This document shows, one piece after another, positions 1 to 12,737 of a DNA stretch of 64,000 nucleotides (its first letter is position 1; every line of letters starts with the position of its first letter). Source of the stretch: the human T2T-CHM13v2.0 reference genome, Homo sapiens; assembly GCF_009914755.1 (NCBI RefSeq), contig NC_060925.1; one strand, written 5' to 3'. The notes under the pieces were generated by a model, which searched no databases, was not told the origin of the DNA, and saw only the letters and a program-made list of their open reading frames with translations. Made by a program: the position numbers and the translations under genes.

Positions 1-23
1 GTACAAGAGGCTACTTCTACTAG
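1..23 (+). CDS. SRRM1: SRRM1 coding exon, 3' end only (window starts mid-exon); VQEATST-S
   Basis: Reads GTA CAA GAG GCT ACT TCT ACT AG, then the donor GCAAGT. It joins exon 863 in frame to give ...EATSTSDILKVPKPE..., matching SRRM1 as I recall it. Confidence 0.85.
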
Positions 24-314
24 GCAAGTATATAAAAATTCATTTATAAATAATCACAATTTTAGATTAATAGTGACTGCAAATATGACATCTGAGTTAA
101 AATAAAACTACTTATTTTCCTTTTAGATTTTTTAAATTATAAAATTAGTTTGTTGAAAAGAAATTGTTTAGGAGAGTATATTAGAAGAAAATGCCCCAGA
201 GGGTGACCATTACTATCTTTTGGTTGTATTGTTTCAGGTATTTTATATATTGTAACTTGCTTTTTTTCCTCAACGTATTGTGGACAACTTCGCACTTTTA
301 AGAAATGTATGTGG

Positions 315-437
315 TTGCCAGATGCAGGGGTGCATGCCTGTAATCTCGGCACTTGGGGAGGCTGAGGTGGGTGGATCGCTTGAGCTCACAAGTTAGAGAG
401 CAGCCTGGGGCAACATGGTGAAACTCCATCTGTACTA

Positions 438-499
<62 letters not shown>

Positions 500-664
500 C
501 ACACACACAAATTAGCCGGGCATGGTTGGCACATGCCTATAGTCCCAGCTACTCAGGAGGATCACTTGAGCCTGGGAGGTTGAAGCTGCAGTGAGCCAAA
601 ATCATGCCAGTACACTCCAGCCTGAGTGACAAGAGTGAGACCCTGTCTCAGAAGAAGAAAAGAA
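315..664 (+). mobile_element. Old (J-like) Alu with a (TA)n(CA)n microsatellite in the central linker
   Basis: Alu arms flank ~26 TA units at 441-492; A-rich tail ends ~664. Confidence 0.85.
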
Positions 665-862
665 AATGTACATGGTTGGAATTATTAGTTGCTCTCTGGG
701 TTTCAGTGATAGGTACATACATACTTATGTGTCTTTTGGAGATAGAGACAAGTCTGTGAATTTTGAAAAGTTTTAGAAATACTTTATTACATCATTGTGT
801 AATGATTTAGAAGGCTGAGTACAAGAAGGCAAAAAAAAAAAAAAAAGCTTTTGTTTCCACAG

Positions 863-1057
863 TGACATTCTGAAAGTTCCCAAACCTGAACCTATACCAG
901 AGCCTAAAGAACCTTCTCCGGAAAAAAATTCCAAAAAAGAAAAGGAGAAGGAGAAGACCCGACCACGATCTCGGTCACGCTCCAAATCAAGATCCCGGAC
1001 GCGGTCCCGCTCTCCTTCTCACACTCGACCTAGACGGCGCCATAGATCCCGATCAAG
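863..1057 (+). CDS. SRRM1: SRRM1 coding exon (DILKVPKPEP...RHRSRS)
   Basis: Acceptor ttttgtttccacag, donor AG|GTGAGT. 195 nt, phase 2-2, RS-rich translation. Confidence 0.95.
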
Positions 1058-1341
1058 GTGAGTTGTGGCTTTAAGATCAACAAAGATCTTAGGTTTTATA
1101 TACTACTCTACTGGGTACAATTAGATAAATAATTTCAAAGTGGTAGAAGATGTTTAGTACAAATATTTTTTGAATGTACACAGAGAATTTGAGGACACTT
1201 TTCTGTGTACCATAAAAATCTACATAAATGGAAAATTTTGATCTTTGAAATTTATTTTTTAGATGTGGCCATTGAGAAAACTAAGCCAAGAAATTCCTCA
1301 CTCCTGGTTTATTCAGGACCTAATTCTCTTTGTTATGGCAG

Positions 1342-1461
1342 ATCGTATTCACCTAGAAGGCGGCCAAGCCCAAGAAGGCGGCCATCTCCTCGAAGAAGAA
1401 CTCCGCCAAGAAGAATGCCTCCTCCACCAAGGCATAGAAGGAGTAGATCTCCAGTAAGACG
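1342..1461 (+). CDS. SRRM1: SRRM1 coding exon (SYSPRRRPSPRRRPSP...RSPVR)
   Basis: Acceptor tgttatggcag, donor CG|GTAAGA. 120 nt; matches the tail of ORF 1205..1465. Confidence 0.95.
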
Positions 1462-3283
1462 GTAAGATTTTTTAAATTTGGAAGTGTCAAGTGTTTGACA
1501 CTTCTGGATAATCTTTCTTTTAGGATAATCTGTAAATTAGTGTCCCCTGGAAGAAAGAACTGATAGGTGATATTAGACAATGTCTTCTAAAGAGTCTGTT
1601 TCATTTGAAGTGTAATGCAGTTGTTCGTGTTATGAAAAGTGTCTAGTCTGGTGTTGGAAAGTAAACGAGAAATTCATCTTATTGATACTTTTCTGTTAAC
1701 TTTTACCCTTCTAGACTTCACCAAGAAATCATACTAAGTAAGAGAATTGGCCACCTTCTCTTTGGCTTTTAACTGGCTTCTGAAAAGTAGCTGATTATAG
1801 GGCCAGTAAGCTCCTTTTACCAGTATTAAAGTAATTCATTTGCTGTTATACTTTGAGAAAAGTATTTTTATGAATTTTTTATAAAATTCTCAGAAAATTC
1901 TCATTATAGAAGTAATGAAGCTTATAAGTAATTCAGACAGAAATAGCATAACTTGGAAGTTTTCCATAATCCGTGGGGGAATATATCTATATTCCATAGA
2001 TATAATTGCTATTACTAGTTTAGTGTCTGGTTATTTTTCAAAACCCCAACTGTACCAGTGTTCTTTTTTTTACATCATTCTAAAATGAGCATAAGATAAA
2101 ATATTTGAATCTTGGATATATCACTTTAAACAAAAATTAGTGGCTAAGTCTACCCAAAGTAGAGTCCTAGTGCACTGGTAGCAGTTTTTGTGCCTTCTTG
2201 CAATACGTTTCACCTGGCTTGGGAAGAAATGCCGATGATTAAGCTTCCAGTTATTTTGGACAGAATTTTTTGTTTGAGTCTTTTAAAGTTCTTTTCAGGG
2301 AACCAAATCAATTTGGAAATAAAGAGGGGAAAAATCAAGTAAGCTCTGTAAAGTTACTTTGTTTCTGCAGTCAGGTTTTTCAGAGTCCCATATTTTGAAA
2401 ATTTTCTTTGGGGAGGGGTTGTTAAGATATATTGAACTATTACTACTGTTGCAAAGAATTGATGTGTTGTGCTCATAGAGGAAATTAGTGAGGTAAATGG
2501 TCAGTCAATTTTCAGGCATCACACTTTTCTAATTCCCTTTTAGGAGAAAAGTAATGCTGGTGCTTCCTAGTACAAGATTAGTGGAAACAGCTATTTCTTA
2601 TACTGGAGTTTTGCAAACAGCATGTTTAAATTGTGCTTACTCAGCCATTTAGCAGTCAATATTTTACAGATTGTTTAAGATTCCCTTTCAGCCAGTTTTT
2701 ATCTCACACTTAAGGTAGGGTTTCTTTTTTTCAGGTTCTCAGGAATTCTTCCGCCAAAGGTGAATTCTGCAGGTACACATAATTGCAACAGAACTTAACA
2801 CAAATTTTGCCGCAGAATTCGAGAGGCCCCTGCTTCTAAGTTTATGTAGCTAAATGAATTCTTAGTTTTGCACATCTTTTTTAAAAATGCAACCTAAAGG
2901 TTTCTCAACATTGTGTTATTAAATGGAAAATACCTTGCCCCCAAATTTTATATGCAAACTCCAAAACACCAATACCATTCCTAAGGCAGAAGGACTAGTT
3001 AGTTATTTTATTATAGCATTCAACCTGACAAGTTTTATAACTGGAGAGAGAACACAGACAGAAGTATTTATCAGATTAAGTTGTTTATATTAATCTCAGA
3101 ACTAGCTGTTTCCTGGCCTAGGTTATGGTTTTTTCCCCCATTCTTTTGGACTCATTTATGTGCTTAGCTACATAAACTCAAAAGTCGGATTAAAATAGCT
3201 GTATTTTTGTGTAAACTGTTCATACCTGTAAGGCCGTTCTTTATAAGTGTGCAATTAGTGAATATGAATACTTTATTCCACAG

Positions 3284-3558
3284 AAGAAGACGTTCGTCAG
3301 CATCCTTGTCTGGGAGTAGCTCATCATCCTCTTCATCTCGTTCACGGTCACCACCAAAGAAGCCTCCCAAGAGGACATCCAGCCCCCCTCGGAAAACTCG
3401 TAGGTTATCTCCTTCAGCAAGTCCTCCAAGGCGAAGGCACAGGCCATCACCTCCTGCAACTCCACCACCCAAAACTCGGCATTCCCCTACACCCCAGCAG
3501 TCAAACCGTACAAGAAAAAGTCGTGTTTCTGTGTCTCCAGGGAGAACTTCAGGTAAAG
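3284..3558 (+). CDS. SRRM1: SRRM1 coding exon (RRRSSASLSG...PGRTSGK)
   Basis: Acceptor ctttattccacag, donor AAG|GTAAAA. 275 nt; lies within ORF 3207..3614. Confidence 0.95.
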
Positions 3559-6500
3559 GTAAAAATCAAACACATATGAAACATGGTCTCTCTTTCTTTG
3601 GCTACAAAGCGTAGTCAGTTATTGCCCCCTGCTCACTCTCAAAGTATGAAATAGCTAGATAATATTTGTATCTAATACTCTCTGTAGGTTTACTTATAAG
3701 CCTACCTCTTTCCTGCTTTAAAATCTTGGGGCTTTTTTATGTGTAAAAGGGTTTTGTTTTTAGCAATGCCCTGTGGCATTGCGCAGGTGGAGAAATCTTT
3801 TACCAGCCGTGGGCTGTTTGAGTTGGGGTAACATATCAAAGTTTGCGTTGGCATGATAAGGGATCATTTTATTACTATGAGACCAGTTAACTTTTTTTTC
3901 TCCTGAAGATTTTTGGTTTGATATCTTAAATAAGAGGACTTCATATTCTCTTTTAGTTCTTTCTTGGTCGCATTGCGCTCCCAAGCAAAGGACATGGTGT
4001 CCTCTTAAAAGCTGATTTGTTTTTTTAATTTAGGTTCTAGGCAGGGTTCTTCTGAGTGTTGTCCTTGCTTTATTCTGCAGATTGATTTCTGAGGAATTTA
4101 TGATCTGTGAACCTGCCAGGCAAGTAGAATGCTGTGTTAGTCTGAGTGAAGGTTGTGGTCTATTGGGGTTTGTTCTGTGAGCATTAAATACGCATGGAAA
4201 AAACTGTAGTGTCCATTTGAACCAGGCTCTCTGGAGCTTAGGGCTGGAATGATATACAGCCTAAAAGGTGAGTAGTAAGGGATGGGGAGGATCTTAAAAG
4301 CTGCTAAAGCAATTGAGTTTTAAGGAGCAATCTGTAGGTTAACACACGCTGGGGTTATTATGATCATATTGAAAATTTCAGGTTAGAGCCAGGTGTGGTG
4401 GCATGAGCCTGTGGTCCCAGCTACTCAGAAGGCTAAGGCAGGAAGATCACTTGATCCCAGAAGTTCAAGGCTGGCCTCAGCCCCATAGCGAGATCCTGAC
4501 TCTTAAAAAAAGAGAGAGAAAAAATTTCAGGTTAGAAACAAAGAAATGGGGATGGGCAAAATTTTCATTATACATTTTAATGAGCTTGATGAGACCAGCA
4601 TTGCTAATTATTCACCCTGTTGCCTTATCTCCCCACTCCCCAAGGCTGCAATGTGGTGATACCTAGAAAGGCAAATTTTGCTTTCCTTTTTTGTATCTGT
4701 GACAATGAGGCATAGATAAGCTGACAGAGTGAAAGGGTGACCAGCAGATTATGATAGTCTGTAAAAAGTAATGTTTTCTGAATTGTGACATTTTTATTGT
4801 AGTGATAGGTTCATTAAATAAGACATGGCCACTTTTGTTGGCCCCTTAGAGAAGCAGCTAGTGAAAGTAGAGAAGCCTGTAACTGTTCCAGGTTCAGTCC
4901 TCAGTTTGAGAGAGGGGCTTCGGGATCACTGTTTTCATAACCTCATGTACCATACTGCTTTTCAGCATTGGGAAAATTTCAGTCCATTTTCAGTTACCAT
5001 GTCCAAATCTGATGCCCATGGCCCTGGCCTATTTTGTCTTTTCCTGTAAAGTTTGTACTTCTGAATATTTATTCTTTGTCTGGAGCCACAAAGCTCTCCA
5101 GGGAAAAAAACAAGTGTTTTTACCTGTTACTTTGCAAAAACACATCAAGTGATGATTTTTTTCTATTTATATCATATAGCCTAAGAGTTGCAAAAGTACC
5201 TGAACAGAGGGACCAATCCTTGTTAAAATAGGTTGATTGTTAAGAATTATTAGGTACTTTTAAAAAGCATCTGCACAGATGCTAATTTCTTGTGTTTTGG
5301 CATATACTTTTTGCAAACAAGACAAGAGTGGATATGTACATAGGAAAGAAGTAAGCCATGGTGAAAATAAGTATTTCTGTGGGTTTTGGGACAGGGCTTC
5401 CGTGTTCAAACAACCTACCCAAAGAGAGGCACTACAGGCAGTGTAGTCAGTCTCCCCTGTGACCACTGGAGCTGAATATTGGTTTGACCTACTTGGAAAT
5501 AACCTCTCCCCACCACCCCGCTAAATAGAGCCAGCATCTCACTCTGTCACTCGGGCTGGAGTGCAGTGGCCCAGTCATAGCTCACTGCAGCCTCCAACCC
5601 CTGGGATTACAAGTGTGAGCCACCACACCCGGCCCAGACAACCTTTTATATTAAACTGATCCCAGCCCTCTGTGATGAAATTTCAGAGCTAGAAAAGACC
5701 TTAACAGTTGTCATCAAGAAACAGATTTTCAGGTTAGTTGACTTGGTCAAGGTCAACCAACTAGGAATAAAACTTGAGTTGTCATTCCCAGTTAAATAGT
5801 GAATACTTTTCACAACTTTCCTACCCCAGAACTCTTCTTTGATTGCTAAAGGTGAGAAATGGAGGGCAGGGTTGAAATTCTTTAGCTTCTCTATCTGGTA
5901 GTATGATTTCAGAAATTACTTTGCAGTTTCTGCTGCTTAGAACAGTAACATCATTGAAATGTAATAGATATTACAGTTAATATTTTCCCTAGTGGCCACT
6001 AATCAGGGCTTTAGGGCTCTGCTCTTGATAGTGGGCAAATGGAGTGGGAGGGAGGCAGGAAAAGTGTTTTGGGGAACTTACAGGTTAATTATTTGGAATA
6101 CAGTATACAGTCATCTGAAGGGATCTTAGGGGAAACATTTGTAATTACTGACATTTCATAAATTGGCATTATCTTAGTACATAAAATAGTGCTTGAAATC
6201 AGTGGCACAGTCAGCGAAGTATGTTAACATGATCAATACTGGTGGTGACGGTGTGGTAATTTTGATTTATTTAGATTAGCTTGGCCACATACATTGTGCT
6301 ATCTGGACACTTAAATGGTTATTTTACTATTGTTGGTCACAGAGTAACTTATCTTTATAAGTGATCTTTTGGGCAGGTCTAAGATTAATAATTAATAGGA
6401 CTGTTGGAGTAAATTTAAAATTGTGGTTTTAAAGTTGCCTTCTACGATTTCTGACTTCATGCTAGAATGATTTTGTCCCTTGAATACTTAAAACAACATT

Positions 6501-6628
6501 AACATAAAGTAAATGGTGTAAAGTCTCATCTAGAAAAATAGAAATCTGAAGTGCTGTTATAATATTAATAATGCTGTGATTCAATTGTATTAAACCAGAG
6601 TAGGAGTATATAAATGATAGTTGTTTGA

Positions 6629-6840
<212 letters not shown>

Positions 6841-7340
6841 TAATTAGTGAGAAATTGAATCAGGATGCAACTCCAGATGTGTATTTCCACTGGGGGAGAA
6901 TGGAAATAATATTAAATTCACTTGTATTATATAATGAGTAGGCTTTTGCCAACTATCTTGTAAGCATAACCACATTTTTAATGTTTCTTAGGGGAAAATG
7001 TATCCAAACAATCAGCTTCCAAAGCAAGCTTGGGAACCCAGTTCTCTAAGGTGTGGTAACTTGGACATGCACTTTTTAACGACGTGCCCATAATATCTTT
7101 GCAGAAATTGAGGATTAAGTAACACTTAAAAATAGAGAATATGGACTTAGAAAAAGAGCCTCAAATAGTTAACAATTTTAAAATATTTTTATTTCTTTGA
7201 ATTTGTTAAAATATAAGTATTAAGTATAGTTTGCTATTTGCACTGTCATGATTCCTGATATCTAATTGAGTGATAGCCATTCTTTACCCAATCCAGTGAT
7301 TTGTCCAAATGGCTTATTACGTAGAAATTTTAAGAAAAGT

Positions 7341-7635
<295 letters not shown>

Positions 7636-9147
7636 AGAGAGAGAAAGGGAAAAGTCTGTTCATTGAAAAGGCATACTGGTAAATTCTTCATTTTGACTTC
7701 TTTAGCAAAGATGCGATTACTGTGTTAGATCACTGGTTCTCTAATTACTGCCCCTTGGAATAAACCATTACAGAATTCTGAATGTGAGTGTCTGTTAAAT
7801 GAGATGTATCTGTATTCTGAGTCAAACATTCCATGGCAATTGCTTTAATCACACAAAACAGGTATCAGGATCCTGAGAGGATCAAATTGTCTGTAGGTTT
7901 ATTTCTTATTGGGATGTTCTCAAGTGGTGTTTTAGGTTAATTTATGGTATATATATGTTTATATGTGAATATACTTATGATTTTAGTTGTAGCAATGGAT
8001 AGATACTATAAGCAGAGTTAGTTGTTGAGATTAAAACCCATGGCCTAAAAATAGATTCTTGGATTCACATCTTAGCTCACTTAAATTGTCTTTGTGACTG
8101 AGGTGAAGTTGCTTCTTTTTAAGCCTCAGGTTTCCTCTCTTGTGAAATGGAACAGGGAGAAAGGGATGTGATACTACTGTGTTAATAGTGTGTCTAATAC
8201 AGCAGGCTTACAAAAGGTAGTTACCATATTTCTATGTTATTGGTAAAAGACAATTGGATAATTCATAGGATACCCACTGCTCTCCTACTACTTGAGGTAT
8301 AGAAATGCCTTTTTTTCTTTCTAGCTCTTTGGAAAGAATCCTCGTCTTTGTATTTAATCATTTTTACTATTTGTGGCGGTCTGCTTTTTTTCATGGGTAG
8401 TTTAAATCCCCTGTGCTATTGTGAAGATTATGCTCTACATAAAGAACCTTTAACCTGTTGGGCAGTCATTCTTCTTTTCTAGACCAAATATCTTTGTGAA
8501 AGTTTCATGAGATCTTATTTCTTAATCATTTATCATCTTTTACTTTTCTGAACCCACCTATTGTGGTTGCTTAAAAGCTTTCATGTTGATGAAGTCTCTG
8601 AAGTTGAGTGTGAGGGAGTGAGTGTGGGTGTGGAGGGTGTGTATTTTAGATTGTGGAGCTCGTGTAGCACACAGAGGTTTACTTTACTGAGCTTGTTCTA
8701 CTCAGTAGCAGCTCCCAATTTCCTTTAACTGTTGGTTTTCTTGGGAGAATCTCAAGATTTGAAAATCATTGTAGAACTTTTTGAGGCTTTTCATTAAACA
8801 TTTAAAAATTCTTGCCTCACTTCAGATAATGTTCAGATATGACAACAAGGTCTTACAGGAATTTTTTAAGTCTTCATAAATTCTTTTTGAGAGTAGTCAC
8901 ACCCATTTTTGTAATAGCAGGAAGGCATCTTGGCTGGGCACAGTGGCTTGTGCCTGTAATCCCAACACTTTGGGAGGCTCAGGCAGGAGGATTGCTTGAG
9001 GTCAGGAGTTCAAGACTAGCCTGACTAATATAGTGAGACCCCATCTTTATTTAAAAATAATAATAAATTTTTAAAAATTAAAAGAAAAGCATCTTGTATA
9101 GACCTTTTTTTGTACGTAAGCTTTTTTCCACTCTTATTCTTTTTTAG

Positions 9148-9228
9148 TGACAAAACATAAAGGTACTGAGAAAAGAGAATCCCCTTCACCAGCACCGAAG
9201 CCTAGAAAAGTAGAGTTATCTGAATCGG
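9148..9228 (+). CDS. SRRM1: SRRM1 coding exon (VTKHKGTEKRESPSPAPKPRKVELSES)
   Basis: Acceptor ttcttttttag, donor CGG|GTAAGT. 81 nt, phase 1-1. Confidence 0.95.
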
Positions 9229-9738
9229 GTAAGTTTGTTGTTTTTTTTTGTGATTTTGGTTTGTTTGTTTTTGTTTTTCTTAAAGCTGATTTTGATTTTT
9301 TGCACATTTGGTCATCCCCTTCTGCTTGAAGATTAAGTATAGGGTAAGAGCTAAGACTCTGAAGGCAGACAGACTTGGGTGGAATCCCCCATTCCAGAAT
9401 TTAACTGTTTCTGTTTTAATTAACTTATCTGAGCCTTTCTTCTTTCATCTCCGAAATAGGGACAGTAGAGGTTTTTGACAGTTAACTGTATCTGCTTGTA
9501 AAATGCTTGGCACCAGCCTGACCTGTAGTAAATGCCTAAATAAATTTTATTATATTTGGTGAAGATAGTCTAAATCAGCCTGTGAATTGGCATTTTAAAC
9601 TCTTTTTAAAAAAAATATATAGTAGTTGTATTTTTGATCCAACCAAATGAAGGTTTGAGAGACTATTTTCCTATTCAAATTGCAAATTTTCTATATGCTT
9701 AACTAAAGAAACACTTTCTAAATGCATCCATCTTTCAG

Positions 9739-9825
9739 AAGAAGATAAAGGTGGCAAAATGGCTGCAGCAGATTCTGTGCAGCAGAGACGCCAATACAGA
9801 CGACAAAACCAGCAGTCTTCATCTG
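9739..9825 (+). CDS. SRRM1: SRRM1 coding exon (EEDKGGKMAAADSVQQRRQYRRQNQQSSS)
   Basis: Acceptor catctttcag, donor CTG|GTATGG. 87 nt; frame continuous with both neighbours. Confidence 0.95.
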
Positions 9826-10237
9826 GTATGGATGGTGATGAAAGTTTTTTTTCTACCTGTATTTCCTATTAAAAAATACTTGGTATATAAACATCTGTGT
9901 GTGCAGCATGAGTACTTACTTGCCTACATAGAAATCTGTCTGAGGAGGCAGGATTGTTTCTTTTTTTGGTTTTAAGTCCTTTTGCAAAATTTAATTTTCT
10001 GTTACATTGTTATAAAAGTAATAGGTCCCTAGGATACAATAGTGAAACAGAAAACAGAAGTATAAAATTGGAAACGTATCATTCTTTTTCCAACCTCCTA
10101 AAGCTTTTATTCAGAAATTTTCTGTGCATATAGAAAAAGGAAAAGAAAAAACCCCACAGAAGCTCAACTGTAGATATGTTGCCTCACTTTTTAACTTAAC
10201 AGTATATTTAGAACATCTTTCCCTATTAAAAATCTAG

Positions 10238-10843
10238 ACTGGGCGCAGTGGCTCACACCTGTAGTCCCAGCACTTTGGGAGGCCGAGGTGAGCAGGCCGA
10301 GATCAGGAGTTCAAGACCATCCTGGCCAATAGGGCGAAACCCCATCTCTACGAAAAATACAAAAATTAACCGGGCATAGTGGCGCACACCTGTAATCCCA
10401 GTTACTTGGGAGGCCCAGGCAGGAGAATCCCTTGAACCCAGGAGGCAGAGGTTGCAGTGAGTGAGCTGAGATCGCGCCACTGCACTCCAGCCTGGGAGCC
10501 TGGGCAACAGAGCAAGGCTTTGTTTCCACAAAAAAAATAATAATAATCTACCCTATTATTTTACTATTTGCATTTTTTATTGTAAGAATATACCAGGCTG
10601 GGTATGGTGGCTTAACCTGTAACCCCAACACTTTGGGAGGCTGAGGTAGATGGATCACTTGAGGTCAGGAGTTCGAGACCAGCCTGGCCAACATGGCAAA
10701 ACCTTGTCTCAACTAAAAATACAAAGATTAGTTAGGCATGATGGTGCAGACCTGTAATCCCAGCTACTCAGGAGGCACAAGCGGTCTTTCTGCCTTGGCC
10801 TCCCAAATGCTGGGGTTAAAGGGGTGAGCCACCGTGCCCAGCT
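10238..10843. mobile_element. Alu cluster: + Alu, then a + Alu fused to a - Alu head fragment
   Basis: Alu consensus throughout; orientation switches at ~10777. Confidence 0.85.
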
Positions 10844-11088
10844 CAAACTTCTTAGAGTATGCCATCTTGATTGGATTACACTGTGGAAATTATTTCTATG
10901 TCTTATTTAAATAATATGCTTGGCTTTGAAATCATTGATCATATATTGATAATGATTCTGTTCAGAACTGATGGCCTGTATACATGCTTGCTTACCCTAG
11001 TGAACACTCCATCCACCTAGATTTCAGAAAACTTGGACAGATTCAAGCACAAACCTAATGTAATATTTTTTTAATTTTGTAATTATAG

Positions 11089-11233
11089 ACTCTGGCTCCT
11101 CCTCCTCCTCAGAAGATGAACGACCCAAGAGATCCCATGTGAAGAATGGTGAGGTTGGCAGGCGGCGGAGACATTCCCCTTCCCGGAGTGCTTCTCCATC
11201 ACCACGAAAGCGCCAAAAAGAGACTTCCCCTCG
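11089..11233 (+). CDS. SRRM1: SRRM1 coding exon (DSGSSSSSEDERPKRS...KETSPR)
   Basis: Acceptor ttttgtaattatag, donor TCG|GTAACA. 145 nt, phase 1-2. Confidence 0.95.
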
Positions 11234-11611
11234 GTAACATCTTTGCTTCAGTGATGTTCACTGATGTTCTGTAATTGTGATGAAATTTGATAACTTGGGA
11301 TTATTTGAGAATTTGGTTAACTCCTTCAAGTATTTGGATGTGGTTGGATTTTTGTTTGCTTTTTAGGGTTTCTGTTTTGTTTTGTTTTTGCTTTATTGGT
11401 GGTTATTAATAATTAATTTAGAATTGGTAAATTTTAAACCACCATGTCATATATGTGTGCATGATTAGAAAAATAAACCAAACTATTATAGCAGTAACTC
11501 CTGAACATCTTTGAATATTTAAAAATGTCTCCATTAATGGTACTTAATCCACCCAAGTAAATAATTTAGTGAATGGAATTCTTGACATTTGTTTTTCTCC
11601 ACTGCTCTCAG

Positions 11612-11653
11612 GATGCAGATGGGAAAGCGATGGCAATCGCCAGTGACTAAAAG
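11612..11653 (+). CDS. SRRM1: SRRM1 alternative cassette exon, 42 nt (MQMGKRWQSPVTKS)
   Basis: Acceptor gtttttctccactgctctcag, donor AAG|GTTGGT. Frame-preserving (phase 2-2) with no stop; I recall this peptide from longer SRRM1 isoforms. Confidence 0.8.
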
Positions 11654-12081
11654 GTTGGTTAGACACTACTTTGTAAATTAGGGTTACATGTCAAAAATTT
11701 TAGTGACTTAATTTCCTATTTAGGTGACCTCATCTCATTCTTAAATATATGGTGGCTGTGGCTGTGAATGTGCAGATCCTAAGTTGTTTTGGTTTGAGTA
11801 TTTTTTTTAACACATTAGATTAATGATAGGGAGAATTATACATGAGCTATTTGGTTTAGACCCTTATTTGAACTTAGATTTTTAATATCTGGTTGTGCTC
11901 TTTTGTGATAATTTGCATCAACTTACATCAAGCAGCACGCAGATTTTTAACAGTATCTGGATACTTTTCCAGAGATAGGATTATTGCTCCTTAGATTTGG
12001 GGGGAGGGACTTTGTATTTGTGGTGACATTAGGGAGGGCAAGGAAAAACTAGGGAGAAACTTTAGAAATATTAAAAGTGAG

Positions 12082-12737
<656 letters not shown>

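Noticed and set aside
3164-3472. Minus-strand Gly/Glu-rich ORFs over SRRM1 exons (also 773-985, 15223-15435, 17480-17851, 19750-19989)
   Set aside because: Antisense shadows of low-complexity Ser/Pro/Arg codons, which rarely produce stops on the opposite strand.
3559-3614. ORF continuation past the donor (GKNQTHMKH...YKA*) as an alternative C-terminus
   Set aside because: Ordinary read-through into an intron; no nearby strong poly(A) signal supports a terminal exon.
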